A DNA stretch of 64,000 nucleotides from Bacteroidales bacterium (GCA_028282585.1 JANQHR010000172.1:1-64000), one strand, 5' to 3'. Numbered from the stretch's first letter, positions 37,797-48,328 are shown. The notes: a model not told the origin generated them from the sequence alone. Made by a program: numbers and translations.

Positions 37797-38612
37797 ATGT
37801 CGGTTCATCAAAAAATAAAGCGCGTTACTACTCATGTTTTGCATGAGATGAAACTTAGAAATGAAAAAATTGCTATGCTTACTGCATATGATTATTCCAT
37901 GGCAAGAATCCTTGATAAGGCAGAAGTTGATGTGATTCTGGTAGGAGATTCAGCATCAAACGTAATGGCTGGTAACGAAACTACTCTTCCTATTACTATG
38001 GAAGAAATGATTTATCATGCGAAATCGGTTGTGCGTGCTGTATCAAGGGCACTTGTTGTAGTTGATTTGCCATTTGGTTCGTACCAGGGAAATTCGAAGG
38101 AGGCTTTAACCAGTGCAATTAGAATGATGAAAGAAACAGGCGGCCATGCTGTAAAAATTGAGGGAGGACAGGAAATTTTGGAATCGGTTGAACGAATTTT
38201 ATCGGCAGGGATTCCGGTTATGGGGCATTTAGGACTTACTCCACAATCAATACATAAATTTGGTACTTATGTTGTGCGTGCCCGAGAAGAGGAGGAGGCC
38301 AACAAGTTAGTTGAGGATGCCCATAAATTACAGGAGGCAGGTTGTTTTGGAATTGTGCTCGAGAAAATTCCGGCAAAGCTTGCTGAAAAAGTAGCAAAAA
38401 AGCTGACTATTCCAATTATCGGAATCGGAGCAGGTAATGGAGTTGATGGTCAGGTTCTGGTATTGCATGACATGTTAGGAATAACACAAGAGTTTTCTCC
38501 ACGTTTCTTACGTAGATATCATAACTTATTTGAAGAAATTAAAGGCTCGGTTAAAACTTACATAAATGATGTAAAGACTTTGGACTTCCCGAATGAGAAG
38601 GAACAATATTAA
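37797..38612 (+). CDS. panB: 3-methyl-2-oxobutanoate hydroxymethyltransferase (likely start 37797)
   Basis: [26 protein letters not shown] and IGIGAG motifs; TAGCTTTG promoter at 37765-37772. Confidence 0.96.
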   Translation: MSVHQKIKRVTTHVLHEMKLRNEKIAMLTAYDYSMARILDKAEVDVILVGDSASNVMAGNETTLPITMEEMIYHAKSVVRAVSRALVVVDLPFGSYQGNSKEALTSAIRMMKETGGHAVKIEGGQEILESVERILSAGIPVMGHLGLTPQSIHKFGTYVVRAREEEEANKLVEDAHKLQEAGCFGIVLEKIPAKLAEKVAKKLTIPIIGIGAGNGVDGQVLVLHDMLGITQEFSPRFLRRYHNLFEEIKGSVKTYINDVKTLDFPNEKEQY

Positions 38613-38715
38613 TGAAGGTAAAAGATAAAAGAATCAAGGAAAATATAAAAGACAAAAATACCTTCCATTAAAAATAAATTAGTATCAAATAGCATAAAGG
38701 CAAAAAGCTGATTAA

Positions 38716-39393
38716 ATGGAAATTCTCTACGAAGATAACCACATCATTGCTGTAAATAAGCAAGTTTCTGATATTGTACAAGGCGATAAAACAGGTGATG
38801 AACCTTTGTCGGAGAAAGTAAAAGCTTATATCCAGAAAAAATATAACAAACCTGGAGCGGTTTTTTTGGGTGTTACTCACAGATTAGACAGGCCTGTAAG
38901 TGGTACTCTATTATTTGCCAGAACAAGCAAAGCACTTACGCGACTAAATAAAATGTTTCTTGAAAAGGAAATAGAAAAAACTTATTGGGCAATTGTAAAA
39001 GAGAAACCAAAGAAGGAATCGGATACTTTAACCCATTATATTATTCGTAACCAACAAAAAAATAAATCTTTTGCTTACGATAAAGAAGTTAAAAACTCCA
39101 AAAAGGCGAGCTTAACCTATAAATTAATTGCTTCCTCTGATAATTATTATTTACTGGAAGTTGATTTACAAACAGGCAGGCACCACCAGATACGCTGCCA
39201 GTTGTCTAAAATTGGTTGTCCGATAAAAGGTGACTTAAAATATGGTTTCTCACGTTCAAACCCTGATGGAGGAATAAGTTTGCATGCAAGAAAGGTTTCA
39301 TTTATTCATCCGGTTAAAAAAGAACAAGTTCAAATTATAGCTAATACGCCAAAAGATCCACTTTGGGATTATTTTTATAATACCATTTCCTGA
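38716..39393 (+). CDS. RluA-family RNA pseudouridine synthase
   Basis: HRLDRPVSG, TGRHHQIR, GDLKYG and LHA motifs. Confidence 0.93.
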   Translation: MEILYEDNHIIAVNKQVSDIVQGDKTGDEPLSEKVKAYIQKKYNKPGAVFLGVTHRLDRPVSGTLLFARTSKALTRLNKMFLEKEIEKTYWAIVKEKPKKESDTLTHYIIRNQQKNKSFAYDKEVKNSKKASLTYKLIASSDNYYLLEVDLQTGRHHQIRCQLSKIGCPIKGDLKYGFSRSNPDGGISLHARKVSFIHPVKKEQVQIIANTPKDPLWDYFYNTIS

Positions 39394-39448
39394 CTTCTTT
39401 CGTTTCCAAGTTAAAATAGTTTAATTTAGCCCCATTAAAAATGATAAT

Positions 39449-40285
39449 ATGTTCAAGTTTCTAAATAAACCATATCCTTTTAATGATGATTTAAAATATA
39501 ATAGCAAACTAATTTTTTTTATTAGTATAGGAGTTTTGGCTTTTTTATATTTGTTTCAACCTCTCGACGTTAGCTTAATGGAAAGAAAGGAGAAGTTTTA
39601 TGTTGTAATTGGATTAGCTGCAATTACTTTTCTTTCCTTAAGTTTAAATTTATTAATTCTCCCAAGCTTGTTCCCAAATATTTTCATAAAAACAATATGG
39701 AACATTAAGAAGGAAATTTTCTGGAATTTATGGATATTAACCACAATTTCTGTTGGATATTATCTTTATTACGAGTTATTAGGAATTTTCCACGTGGATT
39801 TCAAAGTAATTTTGGGTTTAATTGTAATAGCTATTATTCCTATTACTGGTCTTATAGTAGTAAATCGGAATAGAATGCTTAGAGCTAATTTAAAATTTAC
39901 CGAAGGAATAAATAAAAAACTGAAAGATAATAAATCAATTGAAGAGAAGCTGGTTCATTTTGTTTCTGATTACGCAAAAGATAACCTTTCGATAAAGGTA
40001 AGTTTAATAATACTAATTCGAGCCGCAAACAACTATATAGAGGTGTTTTGGAGAGAGGGTAAAGACATTAAAAATCAAATGATAAGAACCAGTTTACGAA
40101 AGGCTGAAGAGCTACTGAAAGAACATAAATTTATCTTTAAGTGCCATCGATCTTATATGGTAAACATTAATTTTATTGATAAAATTGAAGGTAGTATTCG
40201 AGGCTATAATTTATCTTTTGAAAATTTAAATTTTTCCATTCCTGTTTCGAAGAACTTCGCATATAAACTTAAAGAATTAATCTAA
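39449..40285 (+). CDS. Membrane-anchored LytTR transcriptional regulator (4 TM, no receiver domain)
   Basis: Four hydrophobic helices followed by AANNYIEV..FKCHRSYMVN. Confidence 0.88.
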   Translation: MFKFLNKPYPFNDDLKYNSKLIFFISIGVLAFLYLFQPLDVSLMERKEKFYVVIGLAAITFLSLSLNLLILPSLFPNIFIKTIWNIKKEIFWNLWILTTISVGYYLYYELLGIFHVDFKVILGLIVIAIIPITGLIVVNRNRMLRANLKFTEGINKKLKDNKSIEEKLVHFVSDYAKDNLSIKVSLIILIRAANNYIEVFWREGKDIKNQMIRTSLRKAEELLKEHKFIFKCHRSYMVNINFIDKIEGSIRGYNLSFENLNFSIPVSKNFAYKLKELI

Positions 40286-40286
40286 A

Positions 40287-40357
40287 TTCACTTCATATTT
40301 TTAAAAATTCGCCCCTGTAGAAGTATTTTTTACCCCTAAAAAGTGTTTTTCGTAACT
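40287..40357 (+). promoter_or_regulatory. LytTR-type direct repeats
   Basis: TTCACTTCA, TTCGCCCCT, TTTACCCCT and TTCGTAACT at 40287, 40308, 40329 and 40349; TAGATTTG -7 element at 40407. Confidence 0.55.
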
Positions 40358-40438
40358 AGTTTATTTTCTCTAATACCTATTCTTTTTTAGAAGCTTTTAT
40401 TCCGCCTAGATTTGTAATGTTTTATAAAAAGATAAAAT

Positions 40439-41614
40439 ATGAATCCGTTACAAATAGGAAACTTAAAAGTTAATTTGCCAATTATACAAGGAGGTATGGG
40501 TGTGGCAATATCATTATCAGGACTTGCTTCAGCTGTTGCAAATGCAGGAGGAATTGGGATTATTTCAGCAGTGGCAATTGGAATGACTGAGCCGGATTAT
40601 ATGAGAAATTACAGAGAAGCAAATAAAAGGGCTTTGCGAAGTGAGATAAGAAAAGCCAGAAAATTAACCAGTGGGGCTATAGGTGTTAATTTAATGGTTG
40701 CAGTTACAGATTACGAAGATTTATTTACGGTAGCTCTTGAAGAAAAAATTGATGTAATTATTTTAGGAGCAGGCTTGCCTTTAAAATTACCACCATATGT
40801 TTTTGAAAAGGGAATAGAAAATATACATACAAAATTTATTGCTAAAGTATCATCAGCAAAAGCTGCAAAAGTGGTTTTTTCCTATTGGGCAAAAAACTTT
40901 AATTATGTTCCGGATGCTGTTGTTGTAGAAGGTCCGATGGCTGGTGGACACCTTGGATTTAAAAAAGAAGATTTGGAAGGGGAGGTGGTTCCTTTAGTTG
41001 ACTTGGTTAAAGAAACAGTTAAGGAAATAAATTATTTCGAGAATGAATTCGATAAGGAAATACCGGTAATAGCCGGAGGCGGAATTTATTCTGGCAAAGA
41101 TATATACGAGATAATGCAAAAAGGCGCTAAGGGCGTTAAAATGGGAACCAGGTTTGTTCCAACAAATGAGTGCGATGCTTCCGATAAGTTTAAAGAAACT
41201 TATATAAATTGTAAAAAGGATGATATTACCATTATAAAAAGCCCGGTTGGGCTTCCGGGAAGAGCGATCAGCAACGGTTTTGTTGACAAAATAAGTTCTG
41301 GCAAAACGGAACCATTTAAATGCTTTTGGAAATGCTTAAAATCATGCGATTCTAAGAATGTACCTTATTGTATTGCGCAAGCTCTTTATAATGCTGCAAA
41401 CGGTGATATGGAGAACGGATTTGCTTTTGCTGGATCCAAAGCTTATCTAACAAAAAGTATCCAGCCTGTCAAGCAAATTATGTTAGAGTTAAAAGTTGAA
41501 TATTATAAGGCTAAGTTTAGAGAATATATAAAAAATATCCTTGATGAAAGAATTATACCTGAAAGGATACAAATTCCTAAGGTTATACCTTCCATAAAGT
41601 TAAAAACTACATAA
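40439..41614 (+). CDS. Nitronate monooxygenase / FabK-FabX-like flavoenzyme with a Cys cluster
   Basis: PIIQGGMGV, EGPMAGGH, MGTRF, SPVGLPGRA and CFWKCLKSC..YCI motifs. Confidence 0.88.
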   Translation: MNPLQIGNLKVNLPIIQGGMGVAISLSGLASAVANAGGIGIISAVAIGMTEPDYMRNYREANKRALRSEIRKARKLTSGAIGVNLMVAVTDYEDLFTVALEEKIDVIILGAGLPLKLPPYVFEKGIENIHTKFIAKVSSAKAAKVVFSYWAKNFNYVPDAVVVEGPMAGGHLGFKKEDLEGEVVPLVDLVKETVKEINYFENEFDKEIPVIAGGGIYSGKDIYEIMQKGAKGVKMGTRFVPTNECDASDKFKETYINCKKDDITIIKSPVGLPGRAISNGFVDKISSGKTEPFKCFWKCLKSCDSKNVPYCIAQALYNAANGDMENGFAFAGSKAYLTKSIQPVKQIMLELKVEYYKAKFREYIKNILDERIIPERIQIPKVIPSIKLKTT

Positions 41615-41808
41615 ATTACAATAATTGAGTAATTACAAGATTTTTGAACTCTTTGTCTTAATTGAAAACGTATAGAGTTAGCAAGAGATAGTCAACTGTT
41701 AAGAAACTTATAGGTATAGGTTGGCAAACTTATAAGCATAGAATTTTAGAAAATATAGTTGTGTTTTTGGGGAAATTATTTTCGTTAAATAATACCTGTG
41801 TTGAGTGT

Positions 41809-42231
41809 TTAATTATCAGCATATCCTTGATCCCAAGTTCTTTGAGGATTGTGATTTCTTAAATCAATTTGAAAGTCTGCAACAGCCTTAAGGTTCATCA
41901 ATACCGAAACCCATCCCGCATTTACTTCGGTATAGTCTTTTTCAGGTACATTTTCATTAATTAAAGTTAGGTCTGTTCCACCTTGATCTGATGCTACCAA
42001 GTATAATTTAACTAAACTGTTAAAATACTTCAGGTGGAACTCATTATAAGGAACGATCTTTATTATCTCGCCATCATAAGTTTCTCCATTAGGAAATGCA
42101 AAATGAATTATATTGTTATCTTGTATTGCTGATTCACTCCAGAACTTAACTATTCCTTCAGGCCTAGTGAGTAAACGAAAAACATGAGCTGGATCAGAAT
42201 TTAGATGTATTTTCCAGGAGATTGTTTTCAT
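41809..42231 (-). CDS. SRPBCC/AHSA1-like ligand-binding protein
   Basis: VF..LT....KFW, GTDLTL and GWVSVLMNLK patterns. Confidence 0.8.
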   Translation of the reverse strand: MKTISWKIHLNSDPAHVFRLLTRPEGIVKFWSESAIQDNNIIHFAFPNGETYDGEIIKIVPYNEFHLKYFNSLVKLYLVASDQGGTDLTLINENVPEKDYTEVNAGWVSVLMNLKAVADFQIDLRNHNPQRTWDQGYADN

Positions 42232-42299
42232 AATATTTAAGAAGTATAATTTAAGTTTTTAAATTCATCTGGTTCATAATTTAATACGCATAGCAACAT

Positions 42300-42938
42300 T
42301 TATTTTTTCATAACTTTATATTTATCATTCAAACCCTCACCATTAAGAATCTTCGGTATACATTTTTCAATCCTTGTTATTCGGGTTTTAGATTGTTTAG
42401 GTTGAGAAAAATAAATAATATAACCCCGCTTTCGCCCAGGTGTTAATTCCTCAAATGCTGTTTTGAAAAGTATATCTTCATTTAATTTTTTTTGTAATTC
42501 ATCGGGAATAGGTTCAGGACTCTTTTTAAAGTCTACTTTTAATCCGGCTTTTTCTAACTCAATGGCTTCAAAAACATACCTTTTCAAAACAGCTTCCATT
42601 TTAACAATTTCCTGAAGGTTAGTGAATTTAGCATAGCGAGCAGCCTGAGAATTATCGCCAGGTTTAGTTAGTATATTATTTGTGTCGCTTAGTAAGGAAC
42701 CTTTAAAAAAACTTATTGCGCAAAAATCTTTAAATGCACTTACGATTAAAATGTTTTTATTTTGAAATGTGTAGCATGGTACACCCCACTTCAATTCTTC
42801 TGTTAACCCACATTCAAGAACAATTGATCTTAGTTTTTTTAATTCTTCGGTCCAATTATGTACTTTACAGTTTGAAGTTCCTCCTAATGGACAACGCATA
42901 CAACCTTTGCTTAAATATTGATCAATTTTTGGATTCAT
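42300..42938 (-). CDS. YdeI/OmdA-like protein (DUF1801 + OmdA)
   Basis: EELKWGVPCY, FFKGSLL and LTPGRKRGY..KQSKTR motifs. Confidence 0.85.
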   Translation of the reverse strand: MNPKIDQYLSKGCMRCPLGGTSNCKVHNWTEELKKLRSIVLECGLTEELKWGVPCYTFQNKNILIVSAFKDFCAISFFKGSLLSDTNNILTKPGDNSQAARYAKFTNLQEIVKMEAVLKRYVFEAIELEKAGLKVDFKKSPEPIPDELQKKLNEDILFKTAFEELTPGRKRGYIIYFSQPKQSKTRITRIEKCIPKILNGEGLNDKYKVMKK

Positions 42939-42965
42939 CTTTTAACAGTTTTAATATAAACTTCA

Positions 42966-43577
42966 TTACTCTTTACCTCCTTTAATCAGAAGCCAAATCG
43001 AAAATGACATTTCCCCAATAATACTAGGAATGGCAACAAGTACTAAAAATATAGAGCTGTAGGTTTCATAATTAGGTAGCACGAAATGAGCAGTAGTATC
43101 TATCATGTACATAATGCCAGCGATAATGAGAAAAAAACCAATCAGTTTTGGTTTAACAATTATTTTGCCTAAAAGAATAAGATGAATCCCAAAAAAGAAT
43201 AGTCCAATAAGCCAAATGATATTGAAAATATTCGCTTGCCTTAAGATTTCTTCATTTGTTGTTGATACCAAAGCTAAAGGAAGAGCAAATATAGCAACTC
43301 CCATTATGGCAGCATGCATTAATCTAAAGTAGGTACTTAAATTGGATAAAATGTGACTTTTATATAATTCATAAAGAGCCCATGCAACAACTATATCAAA
43401 TACAACAGTTATTATAAATGCCAATATTCCAAACCGCACAAGCATATGGTTTTGTTGGATGGTTTCTAGCGGATTATTGAAAATAGATTCAAGTACAAAA
43501 AAATTAGCAAATATTGCAGCAAAAAAAATTATAAGGTAACTAATACCTGCAATTAACGATAAAGTTCTAGACTTCAT
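42966..43577 (-). CDS. DUF4386-like membrane protein
   Basis: Six TM segments; AG..YL, DIVVAWALY, FFGIHLILLG and GE..F.IWLLIKG patterns. Confidence 0.75.
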   Translation of the reverse strand: MKSRTLSLIAGISYLIIFFAAIFANFFVLESIFNNPLETIQQNHMLVRFGILAFIITVVFDIVVAWALYELYKSHILSNLSTYFRLMHAAIMGVAIFALPLALVSTTNEEILRQANIFNIIWLIGLFFFGIHLILLGKIIVKPKLIGFFLIIAGIMYMIDTTAHFVLPNYETYSSIFLVLVAIPSIIGEMSFSIWLLIKGGKE

Positions 43578-44059
43578 AGGTTTGGATTCTTAGTTTGTTT
43601 AATCTTTTTCAGTTTTTAGAGTAAAACAGTCCTCACTAGATTATGTTCAATAATTTTTGGTCGAACAAAAGGCATTGATTTAAAGCTGCTTTAAAATAAT
43701 CTAATGATTTAACGGTATAATGATTTCCAGGTATGAATTCAATGCAGCCAGTTAATCATGCTGGCAATTTTACAAACTAAAGGAGTAAAAAAGTGAATAA
43801 AACTCCGTTATTACAAGTTGTGCGCCTAAATCATTCTTGTCAATGTAGTTAGTAAAATATTTATAAAATTCTAGTATAAATTTACTCACCTCACTTATAA
43901 AAAAATGTTTTGAAAGGGCAACTGGTCCGGATAGCTTTTGGCAGCTATAGATAAAGAAAGGATTACAAACTTTTTTTAAACTTTTGGGTTTGACAATGTG
44001 TTTGTATTAAGTTAGCGTATAAAAGAAACATTAAGTAATTTTGTTAAAAAGCAAAAGAT

Positions 44060-44974
44060 TTGCAACACTTTAAGACCATATCAGAGTATTGTAAAGCAAT
44101 TGGTATTTCACCACCTAAGCACTCTAACTTTGATATTAGAAGTTTTGAAGAAAATATGGGGCAGGTTACTGAAAAAATGCCACCTTTCAGGCATGAATTT
44201 TATTCAATCGCAATAAAAAAAGATGGAGGTGGAAAAGCAATAAGCGGACACTACACTGATTTTCCTGATGGTGTTACAATCTTTTTTAATTCTCCATTTC
44301 AGATACTTTCATGGGATATTGTTCCCGACTGGTCAGGGTATTATATAATGATCTCGCAAGATTTTTTAGCATCCTCTCATCTTTTTGATAGGCTGCTTGA
44401 TGACTATCCATTCCTTAAAATTGATGAGTCTATTCCTTTTGAAATTAGTAAAAATGATTTACCCGGAATACTAAATATTTTTGCCCTCATAAAAAATGAA
44501 TATTTAAGTGATCATGACGATAAATTTAATTTTATACAGTTGTACATTTTATTATTACTAAATCAGGTAAAAAGATTATTCTCTAAACAGGTTGATTCAA
44601 GACAGGCTGTTGACCAAATTAGAAAAGCTGATTTAAAGTTATTATCACGTTTTCAAAAGCTAATAAAAACAAGTTTTTATCCGGATGTAATTTTGGAAAC
44701 TTTTGCTAATCCACATTCTCCATCTTATTATGCCCGGGTTTTAAGCATTCATCCAAACCACTTAAATGCAGTTGTAAAAAGCATAACAGGTAAAACAGCT
44801 CTTAAGCATATCCATAATCATATTTTAAAATTGGCAAAAGCCGAGCTCGTACAAACTGATTTAAGTGTAAAAGAAATTGCCTATAATTTACATTTTGAAT
44901 CTCCTAATAACTTTAGTTCGTTTTTTAAGAAAAACACTGGGCATACTCCACTAACTTACAGAAAAAACCAATAA
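44060..44974 (+). CDS. AraC-family transcriptional regulator (TTG start)
   Basis: YYA..L.IHPNHLN..VK..TG and SVKEIAY.L.F..PNNFS.FFKK HTH pair. Confidence 0.92.
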   Translation: MQHFKTISEYCKAIGISPPKHSNFDIRSFEENMGQVTEKMPPFRHEFYSIAIKKDGGGKAISGHYTDFPDGVTIFFNSPFQILSWDIVPDWSGYYIMISQDFLASSHLFDRLLDDYPFLKIDESIPFEISKNDLPGILNIFALIKNEYLSDHDDKFNFIQLYILLLLNQVKRLFSKQVDSRQAVDQIRKADLKLLSRFQKLIKTSFYPDVILETFANPHSPSYYARVLSIHPNHLNAVVKSITGKTALKHIHNHILKLAKAELVQTDLSVKEIAYNLHFESPNNFSSFFKKNTGHTPLTYRKNQ

Positions 44975-45066
44975 GCTTTGAAATTTATACTTATTGCTTT
45001 GTTTTCATAAATCTATTCTGGTTTACTGTACCGATATTTGTTTCATAATCAAAATGAATGATGATA

Positions 45067-45572
45067 TGAAATCGATAACAATTTTATTACTAAGTATGCT
45101 TTCATTTTCAGTAAATGCGCATGATATGGAAAAAACTAAAGTAAATGAAACAGTATCTGAACTTTTTGTTGCTACTGACAATAAAAACTGGAGCAAAGTA
45201 GAAAATATATTTGCGGAAATCGTTGAGCTTGATTACTCAAGTATGAATGGAAATCCGGCAGTAAAACTTACACCTGAACAAATAACCGATAACTGGAAAG
45301 GTATTTTACCCGGATTTACACATACTCATCATCAGCTTGGGAACTTTTTAACAAATGTAAATGAAAACCAAGCAGTTGTGTTTTTCTATGGAACAGCAAC
45401 GCACTATTTACCAGATGATAAAGGAAATGTATGGACCGTTGTTGGTTCCTACAACTTAGAATTAGAGAAAATAAAAGGTAGATGGAGGATTGTAAAAATG
45501 AAATTCAATTTCAAATACCAGGATGGAAATACTGATTTACCGCAAAAAGCTATTAACAAACTAAAAAAATAG
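45067..45572 (+). CDS. Secreted SnoaL-like NTF2-fold protein (start uncertain, 45054-45067 region)
   Basis: Signal peptide; LDYSSM, THHQLGN and WTVVGSY..W.I patterns. Confidence 0.8.
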
Positions 45573-45576
45573 GATT

Positions 45577-46107
45577 ATGAAAACAATTGTATATGCGTTG
45601 ACACTTCTGATAGGGTTATCATCTTGCCAATTAGAGAATAGAAAAGAATTAGAAAAATTAAAAGAAGAAATTAAAATGAAGAAAGAAATAGCACATAGAA
45701 ATAAAGCTAATTCAATAGCATTTTTAAAAGCTTTAGAAAATAAAAATGTTGGAGCGGTATTGGATTTGTTTGCAAAAAATGGAGAACATATTAATCCTTA
45801 TGCTTCAGGGTTATTTCCAGATGGTGCGAAAGGTCACAGTGAAATTAGAACCTATTGGGAACCCGTATTTCCAAATTTTGAGAGAATGGAATTTCCTATT
45901 GATGAAATTTATGCTATGGAAGATGTAAGTAAGGTATACATTAAGTTTAAAGGAAAAATAGAACTTAAAAACAATGCCGGATGGTACGAAAATGATTACT
46001 ACGCTATTTTCAAGTTTAATGAAGAAGGTAAGATTACAGAGTACGTTGAAATTTTTAATCCTATTGTTGCTGCAAGAGGATTTGGATTAATTGATAAAAT
46101 AAAATAG
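45577..46107 (+). CDS. NTF2-fold (SnoaL/PhzA-B-like) lipoprotein
   Basis: Lipobox LSSC; YENDY..F.F..GKI..Y.E.FNP. Confidence 0.8.
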   Translation: MKTIVYALTLLIGLSSCQLENRKELEKLKEEIKMKKEIAHRNKANSIAFLKALENKNVGAVLDLFAKNGEHINPYASGLFPDGAKGHSEIRTYWEPVFPNFERMEFPIDEIYAMEDVSKVYIKFKGKIELKNNAGWYENDYYAIFKFNEEGKITEYVEIFNPIVAARGFGLIDKIK

Positions 46108-46132
46108 ATATGAAATTAAAAATTTTAAGCAG

Positions 46133-47143
46133 ATGAAAAAAATAGTAATATTATTAATAAGTGCGATGATGTTGGGAGTAACAGTATTTGCGCAAAAAGT
46201 AAAACCAGAAGTATTAAAACAAAAAGGTAAAGAAATGGAAAAGGTTAATTTCAAAAGTGAAGGACTAAATTTGGTTGGAAACTTATATTATCCTGAAAAT
46301 TATTCAAAAGGAAATTCGTATCCAACGATTATTGTTGTAGGAAGCTGGACAACTGTAAAAGAACAAATGGCAGGGTTATATGCTGAAAAATTAGCAAAGG
46401 AAGGGTTCATAACTTTAGCATTTGATTTCAGAAATTATGGTGAAAGTGAAGGGGAACCTCGTTTTTGGGAAAATCCAACAATGAAAGTACAAGATATCAA
46501 AAATGCGGTTACCTACTTACAAGCTTTACCGGAAGTAGATAATGAAAAAATAGGGACATTTGCAGTCTGCGCCGGGGCAATGTATACGCTTATGGCAGCA
46601 ACAAATGATTCAAGAATCAAGGCGGTTGTTACAGCGGCTTCTTGGCTTCAAGATTCCGAAGCAGTAAAATTATTTTATGGGGGAGAAGAAGGTGTAAATG
46701 AAAAAATTGATGCAGCTCGTAATGCAAAGAAAAACTTTGCCAAAAATGGAGTTGTTGAATATATTGAAACTATTTCAACTACAAACACCAACGCCGCAAT
46801 GTATGGACCATACGATTATTATTTAAATCCTGAACGAGGAGCTATTCAAGAATGGAGTAACGATAAATTTGCAGTTATGAGCTGGGAAGATTGGTTAACA
46901 CTTAACCCTATGCCATACGCAACAAACCTAAGAGCTGCAACGTTAATGATTCATTCAGATGGTTGTGTGTTACCACAATATACCAAAAACTTTTTTGAGA
47001 AAATTGCAACAGAAAATAAAAAGCTTGAATGGTTAGAAACCGAACTTGATTCTCCAATGCAACAGTTTAATTTCTATGACCAGGATTACGAAGTTAATTT
47101 AGCAGTTAATAAAGCTACGGAATGGTTTAAAAACATGATGTAG
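46133..47143 (+). CDS. Secreted alpha/beta hydrolase (YcjY-like) with Cys at the nucleophile elbow
   Basis: GSWTTVKEQ, AFDFRNYGESEG and FAVCAGA motifs. Confidence 0.85.
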   Translation: MKKIVILLISAMMLGVTVFAQKVKPEVLKQKGKEMEKVNFKSEGLNLVGNLYYPENYSKGNSYPTIIVVGSWTTVKEQMAGLYAEKLAKEGFITLAFDFRNYGESEGEPRFWENPTMKVQDIKNAVTYLQALPEVDNEKIGTFAVCAGAMYTLMAATNDSRIKAVVTAASWLQDSEAVKLFYGGEEGVNEKIDAARNAKKNFAKNGVVEYIETISTTNTNAAMYGPYDYYLNPERGAIQEWSNDKFAVMSWEDWLTLNPMPYATNLRAATLMIHSDGCVLPQYTKNFFEKIATENKKLEWLETELDSPMQQFNFYDQDYEVNLAVNKATEWFKNMM

Positions 47144-47160
47144 TAAAATGTTTAAAAGAG

Positions 47161-47325
47161 ATGGGGGTGTCCAAAAAATACAATAGTTAAATTTTGTTCG
47201 TACTTTTTACTTTGAGTAACTTTGTGTCTTCTTTGTGATTCTCTGTTTAACAGCCTTTTATAATTATACCACAAAGTTTCACAAAGCAGGCACAAAGAAC
47301 ACTAAGACTTTTTGGACACCCCCAT
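47161..47325. mobile_element. MITE-like element (165 bp) with 17-bp terminal inverted repeats and internal CTTTGTG/CACAAAG repeats
   Basis: ATGGGGGTGTCCAAAAA (47161-47177) / TTTTTGGACACCCCCAT (47309-47325); no ORF. Confidence 0.7.
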
Positions 47326-47517
47326 TTTCCTTTTTAAAATCAATACAAAGCAAATGGGTTTTAGAATAGGATATACTGCTTTCATCCTATTCAACAGGTG
47401 GGAAAACAAATTTGTTTCTGTCAAAACGATGAACCAATCTCAGAAAATACGTTTGTACAAAGATTAAATTTACCTTTATTCTCCCGGATCACCCATAATG
47501 CTTGCATCGTGCCGCTT

Positions 47518-47871
47518 TTATTCGTTCCGTAAATCTTCCCGTACTTTCTTTGGAAGCCCTGAAACTACCAAATCATAAGAGTTTTTAATCCACTTTTTGA
47601 TTTGTGCATCCGTGATTTTTCCGTTTGTCAAAATGCTATTCCAATACTTTTTGTTCATATAATAACCTGCAATAACTTCCCGGTGCTTTTCTCGAAGCGT
47701 AATGGCCTCTTTGGGGTTGCATTTTACGTTTATCAATTCAAATGTTTCGATAAGGGTTGAAGAAAACATTTTACCTTTAACTGAAAACACTAGGGTTGTC
47801 TTATCGAACGGCATTTTTTCCTCTGCTCCCTTTAATGACAGACAATAATTACGATAGGTTTCAATGTTCAT
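47518..47871 (-). CDS. MmcQ/YjbR-family DNA-binding protein
   Basis: PF...LVF.V.GKMF, NVKC.P and GYYMNKKYWNS patterns. Confidence 0.9.
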   Translation of the reverse strand: MNIETYRNYCLSLKGAEEKMPFDKTTLVFSVKGKMFSSTLIETFELINVKCNPKEAITLREKHREVIAGYYMNKKYWNSILTNGKITDAQIKKWIKNSYDLVVSGLPKKVREDLRNE

Positions 47872-47873
47872 AA

Positions 47874-48305
47874 TCAGTCTTCTTTTTCTGCAAATCCCAA
47901 AATATAACCGTTGTTGTCAGTGATGTAAAATTCCCGCATACCATACCAAGCCGTTTTTAGTTCGGTCGGTTTCATGTTTTTACTCTTGATTTGCTCATAA
48001 AAATCAGCTATTTCATCAATTTCCATATAGAACGAAACGCTTGCGCCTATTGAGAAACCTTTTGCAAGACTTATGTCTTGTTTGAAACTGTCGGTTCGTT
48101 GAAACATCATTTCCACTTTACCTTTGCTTACCAGAGCGTATACATATTCTTTTCCGTCTGTCAAGGTCTGTTCAATTTCGTCTTGGGTTTCAGGAACTGC
48201 CATTGCAAGTGAAAAACCTAAAACGGATTGATAAAATTCTACGGTTTCCCGAATATTCTTTACCTCCAAATTTGGTGTCAGTTTGTTTGCTTTCATTGTG
48301 TTCAA
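47874..48305 (-). CDS. VOC/glyoxalase-bleomycin resistance family protein
   Basis: FY..VLGF and WYGMREF.I.D.NGY.L.F patterns. Confidence 0.88.
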   Translation of the reverse strand: MNTMKANKLTPNLEVKNIRETVEFYQSVLGFSLAMAVPETQDEIEQTLTDGKEYVYALVSKGKVEMMFQRTDSFKQDISLAKGFSIGASVSFYMEIDEIADFYEQIKSKNMKPTELKTAWYGMREFYITDNNGYILGFAEKED

Positions 48306-48328
48306 ATTTTAAATTAATAAACACAAAA

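Noticed and set aside
43640-43826. Minus-strand fragment (EFIPGNHY..YFKAALNQ) and a GTTGTGC core-like site
   Set aside because: About 40 codons without a start, and no partner site; too little to call a pseudogene or attC
47220-47306. CACAAAG/CTTTGTG repeats as a CRISPR array
   Set aside because: 7-bp units with irregular short spacing and no cas genes; no CRISPR seen anywhere in the window
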